A stretch of 32,000 bases of DNA from Desulfotalea psychrophila LSv54 (GTDB lineage Bacteria > Desulfobacterota > Desulfobulbia > Desulfobulbales > Desulfocapsaceae): assembly GCF_000025945.1 (NCBI RefSeq), contig NC_006138.1, positions 1,320,001 to 1,352,000 on the forward strand, given 5' to 3'. The position numbers and the translations under genes were made by a program. Positions within the stretch are counted from its first letter, which is position 1; each line of letters begins with the position of its first letter. Below, piece by piece: positions 1 to 8,212 of the stretch. Below the pieces are notes generated by a model. The model saw only the letters and a program-made list of their open reading frames with translations, ran no database searches and was not told the origin of the DNA.

Positions 1-200
1 TTGAGCTCCTGCTCTTTTTCGACAAGAGAATCCTGAGCTTCACCTAACTCTTTTTCAAGCAAGGAGAGCTTTTGGGAAAGTTCTTCCGTCCGTGCAAAAT
101 CTTGACTGTTACCGCCGCCTTTTTTTTGCAAGATCACCGTAGCAACACCGGCTACGATAACAGCAGCCGCATATCCACCCCACATAATCATCGTATCCAT
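1..200 (-). CDS. Partial CDS (runs off left edge): membrane-anchored coiled-coil protein, hypothetical
   Basis: Minus-strand ATG at 198-200 with upstream AGGAG gives MDTMIMWGGYAAAVIVAGVATVILQKKGGGNSQDFARTEELSQKLSLLEKELGEAQDSLVEKEQEL..., open to base 1. Single N-terminal TM segment followed by coiled coil. Absent from the supplied ORF track, probably because it has no stop in the window. Confidence 0.7.
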   Translation of the reverse strand, partial: MDTMIMWGGYAAAVIVAGVATVILQKKGGGNSQDFARTEELSQKLSLLEKELGEAQDSLVEKEQEL

Positions 201-428
201 CGATCACTCCTGTATAGAAAATTTAGGTTTACATCATTCTATGCCCTTGGCAGTGCTCATATTTTCAATATAAAGCCTATCTCTTTGCGATCATACACAC
301 AATGTTTTCAACGATTGTTTTTATTTTTTTACGTCACTCTTTTAGTTGAGTCTAAATAACAATAGACACAAACAAAAGAGTGACGTAAAAAATTATAGAA
401 TCAGTAATCTTAAGGTAAGGAGACCCAA

Positions 429-596
429 ATGAAAATTTTAGGTATATCAGGCAGTCCGGGAAAAGAAGAACAATCAGGAACCCATGCATTGGTTGAAACC
501 GTATTTATACTACAGTCAAGGCTGAGTTCATGTAATAAGTGCAACAGACTAAAATTTGCATGTAGACCCCTCCTTCTTTTTTATCATATTTTTTAA
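429..596 (+). pseudogene. Truncated N-terminus of an NADPH-dependent FMN reductase / iron-sulfur flavoprotein
   Basis: AAGGAG RBS then ATG encoding MKILGISGSPGKEEQSGTHALVETVF, the typical flavodoxin-like reductase N-terminus. After about 26 codons the sequence becomes unrelated and stops at codon 56. Confidence 0.6.
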
Positions 597-1002
597 GCCT
601 TTGTCTAACCATGTGAACCTCCTGTTACTTGTATAAAAACGAGTTAATATGGACGCCACAATATCGGGGGAGGATCAAGACCATCGAAATGCATTCGGTG
701 CAGCCTATTAAATTCCACCAAGTTCAAGTGAGTGTGGATGACCCGCTCCGTTTATAACTATTAGAAACAGTAACAGAAGCCTGTTTTTAAGGGCTGTCTA
801 ACAGTGTATTCGCGCCCTGTCTGCGACCAGATAAAAGATTCTATCTTAAAAAAGTAAATTTGAAATTTGGTTTGTTTTGTATAGTACAAGTGATAGCATT
901 AATCTGTATGTTTAATTGATTAAAAAACATCCAATTATAAGGCAATATTTTGGGATTTTTCATGTATTGCATTGTTAGAAAAATTGATTGCTAAGGGAAT
1001 TA

Positions 1003-2103
1003 ATGGTAAAGAAAAAAACAGTTAGTTTTCTCGTGACCACAGCAGTGGCCGGACTATTAATGAGTACATCAGCGAACGCCTGTACCAGCTTACGTCTCGT
1101 GGCTGGAGATGGTGGCGTAGTTGTTGGACGAACAATGGAGTTTGAAGTTGATATGAAATCCAATGTTCTCGTGATTCCGGCTGGTACCGAGATGACGAGT
1201 TCTCTGGCTGATAAGTCCCAAGGCATGAAATATAAAACTAAATATGGAATGATTGGTGCCAATGGTTTCGACCTGCCTATTATAGCGGACGGGATCAATG
1301 ACCAAGGCCTTTATGTCGGCACTCTTCTTCTTCCAGGTTATGCGAGTTATCCTGATGTTGACTCCAAGAATGCATCACGAGCTCTGGCCTCGGAAGACTA
1401 TGGGGCTTGGCTGCTTGCTAACTTTGCTAACGTCGAGGAAGTCAGGGCCAATTTCAACAAAGCCGTTATCGTGAGCCATCCTCTAAAGCCACTTGCTGGC
1501 CAAAGCTTCCCCTTTCATTATGTCGTGCATGATAGCACCGGTGCTGCCGTAGTGATCGAACCCGTTAACAAGGAGATCAAAATCTACGAAGACCCCATTG
1601 GCGTCCTAACAAATTCCCCTCCCTTTGATTGGCAAGTTACCAACCTGAGTAACTACGTTAATTTGAACGTAAACAATGTGCCACCTGTTGACTTGAGTGG
1701 GCTGAAGATTACAAATTACGGACAGGGTAGTGGTATGCACGGTCTTCCAGGAGATTTTACTCCACCGTCCAGATTTGTACGCGCTGTTGTATTTTCTGAG
1801 ACTGCCGTAAAGCTCCCTACAACAGAAAAAACCGTACCTCAAGTATTTCATATTATGAACATGTTTGATATTCCGGTAGGCGCAATGCGTGAAGTCTTAG
1901 GGAAAAAAGTAGTACATGACTACACCAACTGGACCAGTGTTTCTGATCTGAAGCATCTTACATGGGCGTATAAAACATACGATGATCAGTCAATTCGAAG
2001 CGTTGATGTTCGCAAGGCATGTGGCGCAGCTGGTAACGAGATAAAAACTATCAAGATGCATTCAGTGCAGCCTATTGAGGATGTTTCCACCAAGTTCAAT
2101 TGA
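1003..2103 (+). CDS. Linear amide C-N hydrolase, choloylglycine hydrolase / penicillin V acylase family (Ntn), secreted
   Basis: Signal peptide VSFLVTTAVAGLLMSTSANA followed directly by CTSLRLVAGDGGVVVGRTMEFE (N-terminal nucleophile Cys). ORF track starts at TTG 988; ATG 1003 with upstream AAGGGA is the better start. Confidence 0.9.
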   Translation: MVKKKTVSFLVTTAVAGLLMSTSANACTSLRLVAGDGGVVVGRTMEFEVDMKSNVLVIPAGTEMTSSLADKSQGMKYKTKYGMIGANGFDLPIIADGINDQGLYVGTLLLPGYASYPDVDSKNASRALASEDYGAWLLANFANVEEVRANFNKAVIVSHPLKPLAGQSFPFHYVVHDSTGAAVVIEPVNKEIKIYEDPIGVLTNSPPFDWQVTNLSNYVNLNVNNVPPVDLSGLKITNYGQGSGMHGLPGDFTPPSRFVRAVVFSETAVKLPTTEKTVPQVFHIMNMFDIPVGAMREVLGKKVVHDYTNWTSVSDLKHLTWAYKTYDDQSIRSVDVRKACGAAGNEIKTIKMHSVQPIEDVSTKFN

Positions 2104-2136
2104 GTGTGGATGATTATGTGGTAGAAAATGGCTAAC

Positions 2137-2178
2137 AAAACACTAACCGGCCCCAGCAAGAGGGTCAGTTAGTGTTTT
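2137..2178 (+). terminator. Rho-independent terminator downstream of the amide hydrolase
   Basis: Perfect 11-bp inverted repeat AAAACACTAAC ... GTTAGTGTTTT ending in a T-run. Confidence 0.85.
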
Positions 2179-2252
2179 ATTAATATTGCCATTCAAAAGC
2201 TTTGCATCTTTTAAAATTGCTTCAAGCTGAAGAACTAATATAAGGATAAAAA

Positions 2253-3188
2253 GTGACAACTCATTATAAAATAAGGGCAGCTATTTTATTCATCGTATTT
2301 CTTATTAACACTACACTAGCAGTTCAAAGTGAAGCAAATTTTCAAAATGTTAAAACAGATCATGTTGAAGTTGGTGATCTTAATCGTAGTTACTCTTATT
2401 ATATACCAAATGGTGTTACTGAAAACCCGAAACTACTGTTTGTGCTTCATGGTTCTGGGATGGATGTTCAAACTATGATCGAGGCAACTGGCTTTGAATT
2501 TAACAGAGTTGCAGATAGTCTTAAAAACATAATAATATTATATCCACAAGGTTACGAAAAATCTTGGAATGATTGCAGAAAATCAGTAACAGACAAACCG
2601 CATACGCTTAATATCAATGAGATGAAATTTTTCAAAAAAATTGTTTCCATTATGGAGTCTAAGAATAAGATTAAACCTAGTAATATTTTTATAGTAGGTT
2701 TTTCAAATGGTGGACAACTAGTATTTAAACTAGCAAAAGAAAACCCTGATTTTTTTAAAGGTTATGCTGCTATTGGTGCCACCATTCCCGTAGCATCAAA
2801 TGATCGTTGTGTAGCAAAAAATAGAGCTGTTAGTATGTTGGTCGCAAATGGAACAGGCGATCCAGTTAGTCCTTTTAACGGGGGGCAAGAAGTTATTGAT
2901 GGAGTAAAAAAAGGAGAAGTCATTCCTACATTTAATACCATTGAGTACTGGAAAGATTTAATGAGTTGTAGAAAGATAACAGAAACTAAAAATGAGTCAC
3001 ATAATGTATCTATTTACAATAACTCCTGTGATGAATCAAATAAAATAGTTCAATTAGTGAAGATAGATGGTGGTGGTCATGTCATACCTAACCCTCATTT
3101 TTCACAATGGCCAAAAGAGCTCGGTAAGGTAAATAAATATATAAATTTGCCAAAGTTTATCATAGATTTTTTTGAATCAATTAAATAA
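2253..3188 (+). CDS. PHB depolymerase-family (LpqC-like) secreted esterase
   Basis: GTG start, signal-like N-terminus, alpha/beta-hydrolase features: LLFVLHGSGMD, IIILYPQGY, nucleophile elbow GFSNGG, late GGGHVIP. Confidence 0.85.
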   Translation: MTTHYKIRAAILFIVFLINTTLAVQSEANFQNVKTDHVEVGDLNRSYSYYIPNGVTENPKLLFVLHGSGMDVQTMIEATGFEFNRVADSLKNIIILYPQGYEKSWNDCRKSVTDKPHTLNINEMKFFKKIVSIMESKNKIKPSNIFIVGFSNGGQLVFKLAKENPDFFKGYAAIGATIPVASNDRCVAKNRAVSMLVANGTGDPVSPFNGGQEVIDGVKKGEVIPTFNTIEYWKDLMSCRKITETKNESHNVSIYNNSCDESNKIVQLVKIDGGGHVIPNPHFSQWPKELGKVNKYINLPKFIIDFFESIK

Positions 3189-3297
3189 GAAAAGTTCTAC
3201 TTAAGGGTAGTAAGAGGTAATAATTAGATCAGGTTTTTCAAAATAACATTTTAATGATATTCCTTTCCGCCATGACGTTGGAGTATTACAAAAATGG

Positions 3298-3570
3298 GCC
3301 TTGTTGCATAAATCATGAGAGAAGAAAAATCAGTTCCTCTCTGCGCCATTCCATCTTAGCAACCAACCTCTCGAACAGGCATTACTCAAGCGGTAACCTT
3401 GCTCAAAGCCTTGGTCGCAGCCCTACCTGCTTGAACATCGCATCATCAGTATACTTACGGCTACACGGCCACGCTGTCCCGATGGTGTCGCGCTGTACCA
3501 ACTTTCAATCGCTTTCTTGTCTACCCAAAACGTCAACGCCATTGCTTCAATGCTCTGTTCCCTTTGTTTG
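3298..3570 (-). mobile_element. Decayed IS5/IS903-like transposase remnant
   Basis: Minus strand encodes ...KQREQSIEAMALTFWVDKKAIESWYS(A)TPSGQRGRVAV then, after a frameshift, SRKYTDDAMFKQVG. Terminal sequence GGGCCTTGTTGCATAAATC resembles IS5-group ends. Confidence 0.65.
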
Positions 3571-3584
3571 CATAGACCTTTGGC

Positions 3585-3989
3585 CTACCATTTATAGCCA
3601 AAGACAGTGATGAAAGAGCTTGTCTCCGGTGGTCTTGCCAAATACTCATCAACGAGAATGTGGCTCACATCGGGGGATGTCATTTTTGCGAACTTCTCCA
3701 TAAGAATATCGTCAAAACGCTCATTAACAGTATAGTTGTTTTCTTTGAGGTAGGACTCAAATTCGGTTGCAATATTGAGCATATCTTTAACAACAGGCCC
3801 TTCCTTATACTCTTCTCGAATATATGAGAAATCAAAGCCGAAATAGGTGCAGGCCGCAAAGACCAGGTGTGGACAATGTCAGTACTCTCCTCTGGCAAAC
3901 CACTCTTTGTTGCATATAGGGCAGCGTATTTCCTCCCACCCTTCATCCCTGTTAACTTTCTTGTGCGCGTCTGATTGTACTATTTCCAT
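3585..3989 (-). CDS. Zinc-ribbon-like protein with one in-frame TGA at codon 37 (possible selenoprotein or point-nonsense pseudogene)
   Basis: Continuous frame MEIVQSDAHKKVNRDEGWEEIRCPICNKEWFARGEY(TGA)HCPHLVFAACTYFGFDFSYIREEYKEGPVVKDMLNIATEFESYLKENN...VFGYKW*. TGA lies at 3879-3881 (minus). The track lists only the part after an internal ATG (3585-3782). Confidence 0.55.
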
Positions 3990-4159
3990 GGACGATTTTT
4001 TTATAAATAACCTTAGGTTTTCTTGTTACAGGCAATGTTACTCCATGCTATTAAACATTCTATTTTTCATGGGTTCTTTTGAAGATGAACCTGGAACAAG
4101 AAAATCCCCTCACTGGGGTATATTGTTCATAAACAACAATCCTCGTATTTCACCATTGC

Positions 4160-4181
4160 TCCTGAAGCAAGGGCTTCAGGA
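4160..4181. other. Perfect hairpin TCCTGAAGC-AAGG-GCTTCAGGA
   Basis: 9-bp perfect inverted repeat with 4-nt loop, no T-run after it. Confidence 0.5.
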
Positions 4182-4474
4182 GACACGTTTTGAGCACGAG
4201 GGTGCAGAGGGTGTAGCGAGTGGTACAAGGCTGGACCGATCAGTATTGGCTCTATGACATTCTTGTTGCAAATTTTGATCCTTCCCCAATATTGTGGCGT
4301 CCACTGTACAAGGCACAGGAGAGTTTACATGGTCATTCTAAGGTGTAGAAGAGAGGATGCAGATCAGGGGCTGTTCTAGGCGTTACCATCTTCTACTGTT
4401 TTACCAATAAATAGAGTATGCTTTGGCTCAGAGATAAAAACTTTGCATCTAATAGCTCATACAAACAACAGACA

Positions 4475-5482
4475 ATGACTCCTCCTTTTACCATAACCAG
4501 CAGAATACTCTCCCTGGTGGCAGAGATCAGTGAAAAAATGGGGCAGATCACCGCCTCTCAGTTACCTGAAGGCACGGGCCATAATCGGGATGATCTTCGC
4601 TTGCGCAGAATTAACCGGATCCGTACCATCCAAGGCTCCCTTGCCATTGAGGGCAACACCCTCAGTGAAGAGCAGATCACCGCCATCTTGGGGGGAAAGA
4701 CGGTCATTGCGCCCTTAAGGGAGGTGCAGGAGGCGCGTAATGCCTTAAAGGTCTACGAACAGATGGCCCGGTGGCGTTTTGCCAGGAAGGAAGATCTTCT
4801 ATTGGCCCATAAAGATCTGATGATGGGGCTTCTTGACAGTGCCGGACAGTACCGTAGCTCCGGTGTTGGTATAATGAAGAATGAAGAGATCGTCCACTTG
4901 GCACCACCTGCCGACCTTGTTCCGACCCTGATGGCAAATCTCTTCTCATGGCTTAAAAGCAGTGAGGATCATCCCCTGATTAAATCCTGTGTCTTCCACT
5001 ATGAATTTGAGTTCATTCATCCCTTTGCCGACGGTAATGGCCGAATGGGTCGCCTCTGGCAAAGTCTTATTCTCTCTGCCTGGCATGAACTCTTTGTCTA
5101 TCTTCCCGTGGAGAGCCTTGTTCACCAACATCAGAGTGAATATTATCGGGCTTTGAACGCAAGTACGGAGCAGGCTGATTCTGCCCCATTTATCTCGTTT
5201 ATGTTAGGGGTGATTCTTGATTCTTTACAGCTTCTTATTGACGACACCCCCCAAGTCACCCCCCAAGTCACCCCCCAAGTCGGAAAACTTTTAATGGTGA
5301 TCAGTGGTGAAATGTTGGGCCGGGAACTGCTCTCCCTGCTTGGTCTTAAGGATAGAAGGTCGTTTGTCAGGCTTTATCTGAAGCCTGCCCTTGATGCCGC
5401 TCTTGTTGAGATGACTCTGCCGGAAAACCCACCAGCCGCTTGCAGCGATATCGGCTCACTCCTTTGGCCCATGAAATGGTAA
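4475..5482 (+). CDS. fic: Fic family protein (AMPylator/Fido domain)
   Basis: Fic motif HPFADGNGRMGR; inhibitory-like motif TIQGSLAIEGN; TPQVTPQVTPQV linker and winged-helix-like GRELLSLLGLKDRRSFVRLYLKPALDAALVEMTLPENP. ORF track starts at TTG 4418; ATG at 4475 gives MTPPFTITSRIL. Confidence 0.88.
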   Translation: MTPPFTITSRILSLVAEISEKMGQITASQLPEGTGHNRDDLRLRRINRIRTIQGSLAIEGNTLSEEQITAILGGKTVIAPLREVQEARNALKVYEQMARWRFARKEDLLLAHKDLMMGLLDSAGQYRSSGVGIMKNEEIVHLAPPADLVPTLMANLFSWLKSSEDHPLIKSCVFHYEFEFIHPFADGNGRMGRLWQSLILSAWHELFVYLPVESLVHQHQSEYYRALNASTEQADSAPFISFMLGVILDSLQLLIDDTPQVTPQVTPQVGKLLMVISGEMLGRELLSLLGLKDRRSFVRLYLKPALDAALVEMTLPENPPAACSDIGSLLWPMKW

Positions 5483-5845
5483 AGAAACTTTCCTCTCAGG
5501 GCTAGGGAGGAGGGCTCCTCTCCTTCGTCTCTTTTGAGCAATCCCCATTGGCACGAAGCCGAGCAGCGGAGAAGTTGGGGAAAGCAGAGTTTGAGTTGTC
5601 TGGGTTAGCCTTCTTAAACTCTCGCCAACGTTGAGCAGCGCAGGGTGGGGCCGTAGTGGCGGGACTCCTTTTCATTGTCTCTTTTGAGTAAAAGAAAATG
5701 AATAATACATGCTCATCAGGCCGATTCGAAGTTAAAGGGGGAAAGTTGTTGATATGACAAGCTTATAGGCGCTTTTGTAGAGCGAGAATCTAACTGAACA
5801 ACAGTTTGGAATTACGATAAAAAATTTGCATGTCCACCTTCCTTC

Positions 5846-6185
5846 TTTACCACCATTCCATGGTGGCCTGGTTAGCTTAAAGGGGCAAGCGTGAACTCTG
5901 GGAAGCTAATTTACCGAATTCATATGTTAAATACTATGTAGATATCCTGTCAGGATTCAGGTGGCACCCTTTGCTGGTGGACGTAGTAGCCCTGAGTTTG
6001 GTGGCTGGTATTTTTCTCTCATATTGGCTCAATTTGCGCCTATCGTTCTCAACGATAGGCGGCGCGATGGTTCATTGTTGGAGTAGATCGCAGGCTTTTC
6101 TATAGGAAGCAAATTCAGGTGATGGCAAGAGATCGCAATCGTTTTGGGCCCACACCTGATTAAGGTGTCTACCCCCTCCAGCCCC
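5846..6185 (+). pseudogene. Decayed partial copy of the 12309-12815 locus (DUF2784-like gene plus 3' flank)
   Basis: CCGAATTCATATGTtAAATACTATGTAGA..CTGtCAGGATT and CTCAACGATAGGCGGCgCGATGgTTCATTGTTG..AGTAGATCGCAGGCTTTyCTATAGG closely match 12528-12730. Confidence 0.75.
6037..6061. other. Perfect 11-bp hairpin CGCCTATCGTT-CTC-AACGATAGGCG
   Basis: Read directly. The paralogous site near 12665 keeps only a shorter stem (ATCGTT-CTC-AACGAT). Confidence 0.6.
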
Positions 6186-6388
6186 TGCAACAAGAACACC
6201 AGCCCCTTCCCTTGACTTCCACCGGCCCTCATACTTTTTAAGCAGGTTTTCTGTAGGGATAATTTTAAAGTATAGCACGTGGAATTGTCGTGGAAAAAGC
6301 ATATTGTGGGAAAGCTTTATACGCAACGCATTGAGTGCCTCAAGAGAAAAACTAGCCGATTTCCTCTAATAATTTTCAACTAAAATTA

Positions 6389-7675
6389 CTAAAAGGATCC
6401 AGGGTAAATAATACTTGGCAGCCAAAGAGATATTTGTGGCACATAGGTGATGATCATTAGACAAAGTAGGGCAAGGCACAGCCACGGTAAAACAGCTCGG
6501 ACGATTGTGAAATAGCTTACGCCAAATACGCCACTTGCTATAAAAAGGTTTAACCCAAATGGTGGTGTGATGTTACCCATATCCGCATTAACTGAAGCAA
6601 TAAGGCCAAAATGAAGAGTGCTGATTCCCGCTTCTTGAATAAGTGGCGTCATAAGTGGGCAAAATATTAAAATGTTTGAAAAGACGTCTATAAACATTCC
6701 GGCAAATAGCATAATGACGTTGTTGATGAAAAGTATTGACCACCATGGAAGGTCAAGTGCCTTTATCGGTTCAATGAGTTGAGTCGTAATATTTTCCACG
6801 GTCAAAAGCCAGGAGAACAAAGTTGCAGCCGCCACCATGATGAGGATTTTTGCTGAGGCAAGTCCTGTTTCGCATGCAATTACCCAGATTTCTTGGGGTT
6901 TAAGTTCTCTGTAGATGACCATCGCAACAAGAATAGCATAAGCTACAGAGACCACCGCAGATTCTGTGGAAGTGAAGACACCGCTATATATCCCGCCAAG
7001 GATAACTAGAGGAAAGCCAAGGGACCAACCTGCATCTTTTGCAGCTAGAGTAATTTCTCTTAGTGTGGCACGTTGTTGTAAGGGAACCTTTGTTTTGTAA
7101 GCATGGTAGACACACCATGCTGAATAGACACAAACAAAGACCATCCCTGCCCCAAATCCAGATAGAAAAAGAGCCCCGATCGAAACCCTGGAGATAGAGC
7201 CATAGATAATCATGGCATTACTGGGCGGAATAACCATTCCTAAAAGTGCTGAACAGGTCACTAGTCCAAGAGAAAATTTCTCGCCATAACCAGCTTTGAG
7301 TAGGGCAGGATAGATTATAGAACCGACAGCCACAACGGTAGAAGCCGTAGAACCCGATATTGCCGCAAAAAAGAGACAACTTAGAACGGCACAAATGCCA
7401 AGTCCACCGGGAAGGTGCCCTACAAGAGTTTGGGCAAATTTGATCAAACGTACGGTGAGGCCACCTTTGCTCATTATTTGGGCAGCAAAGATAAAGTATG
7501 GAATGGCAATGAGCGCCATATTATCGACACCCGCAAACATTCGTTGCGGGAGAATCCCTAATGGCATATTCGTAAAAAGAGCAAAAACAACAAAGGTCGT
7601 ACAGGCAAGGGAGATAAAAATAGGCGTGTTTAAACCGATTAATAAGAAGGCACACACAAAGATAAAAAGTGTCAT
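6389..7675 (-). CDS. dctM: TRAP transporter large permease (DctM family)
   Basis: 428 aa, many TM segments; FAGVDNMALIAIPYFIFAAQIMSKGG, GMVIPPSNAMIIYG, ADMGNITPPFGLNLFIASG are DctM signatures. Confidence 0.95.
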   Translation of the reverse strand: MTLFIFVCAFLLIGLNTPIFISLACTTFVVFALFTNMPLGILPQRMFAGVDNMALIAIPYFIFAAQIMSKGGLTVRLIKFAQTLVGHLPGGLGICAVLSCLFFAAISGSTASTVVAVGSIIYPALLKAGYGEKFSLGLVTCSALLGMVIPPSNAMIIYGSISRVSIGALFLSGFGAGMVFVCVYSAWCVYHAYKTKVPLQQRATLREITLAAKDAGWSLGFPLVILGGIYSGVFTSTESAVVSVAYAILVAMVIYRELKPQEIWVIACETGLASAKILIMVAAATLFSWLLTVENITTQLIEPIKALDLPWWSILFINNVIMLFAGMFIDVFSNILIFCPLMTPLIQEAGISTLHFGLIASVNADMGNITPPFGLNLFIASGVFGVSYFTIVRAVLPWLCLALLCLMIITYVPQISLWLPSIIYPGSF

Positions 7676-8163
7676 CCTCGTTTCTCCACACGAACAAATA
7701 GTTCACAAAAATATCTAATCGCCATGAGTAAACTACCACATGGTATAGCTAGATAGGTAAGCCACATTGGGATTCCCATAGATGCTGTAACCTGATGAGC
7801 AGTTTTTATGCGTATTGTATGTTCTATGCTGTAGTAGGTTAAAATAAGACAGAATAAGGTACAAATAATATTGACCAAAATACCCAAAACTGCTTTCTGC
7901 TGTGGCCCCAGGACATTTTTTATAAGACTTATGGAGATGTGACCTTGTTTACCAGCAAGTTCACCTGCACCAAGAAATATCATCCATATCATAAGATAGC
8001 GTGCTAGTTCGTCTACCCAGTAAATTGGTGTTGTAAAGCAGTATCGCAAGACGACATTTACAAACATGAGTGCACATGAAAAAAGAAGAATGGAGCCAAG
8101 CAAACAACGAATGGTGGAGGACAGTGCTTCGGAAATCTTTTGAAGAATCATAGGAACCAACAA
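7672..8163 (-). CDS. dctQ: TRAP transporter small permease (DctQ family)
   Basis: 163 aa with 4 TM segments, 4-nt overlap with dctM; YWVDELARYLMIWMIFLGAGEL signature. Confidence 0.92.
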   Translation of the reverse strand: MLVPMILQKISEALSSTIRCLLGSILLFSCALMFVNVVLRYCFTTPIYWVDELARYLMIWMIFLGAGELAGKQGHISISLIKNVLGPQQKAVLGILVNIICTLFCLILTYYSIEHTIRIKTAHQVTASMGIPMWLTYLAIPCGSLLMAIRYFCELFVRVEKRG

Positions 8164-8212
8164 TCGGCTATGGGTTTAGTAAAAAACATAGGGCCATAGC
8201 CGATATAATTAT

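Noticed and set aside
3254-3610. 118-aa plus-strand ORF
   Set aside because: Antisense to the IS5-like transposase remnant; the minus-strand translation explains the sequence better.
3680-3946. 88-aa minus ORF MKGGRKYAALYATKSG...
   Set aside because: Out-of-frame reading of the zinc-ribbon-like ORF (3585-3989).
5230-5285. CCCCAAGTCAC tandem units as a possible CRISPR-like or satellite array
   Set aside because: Only about three short in-frame units within fic coding for TPQV; a protein linker repeat, no spacers.
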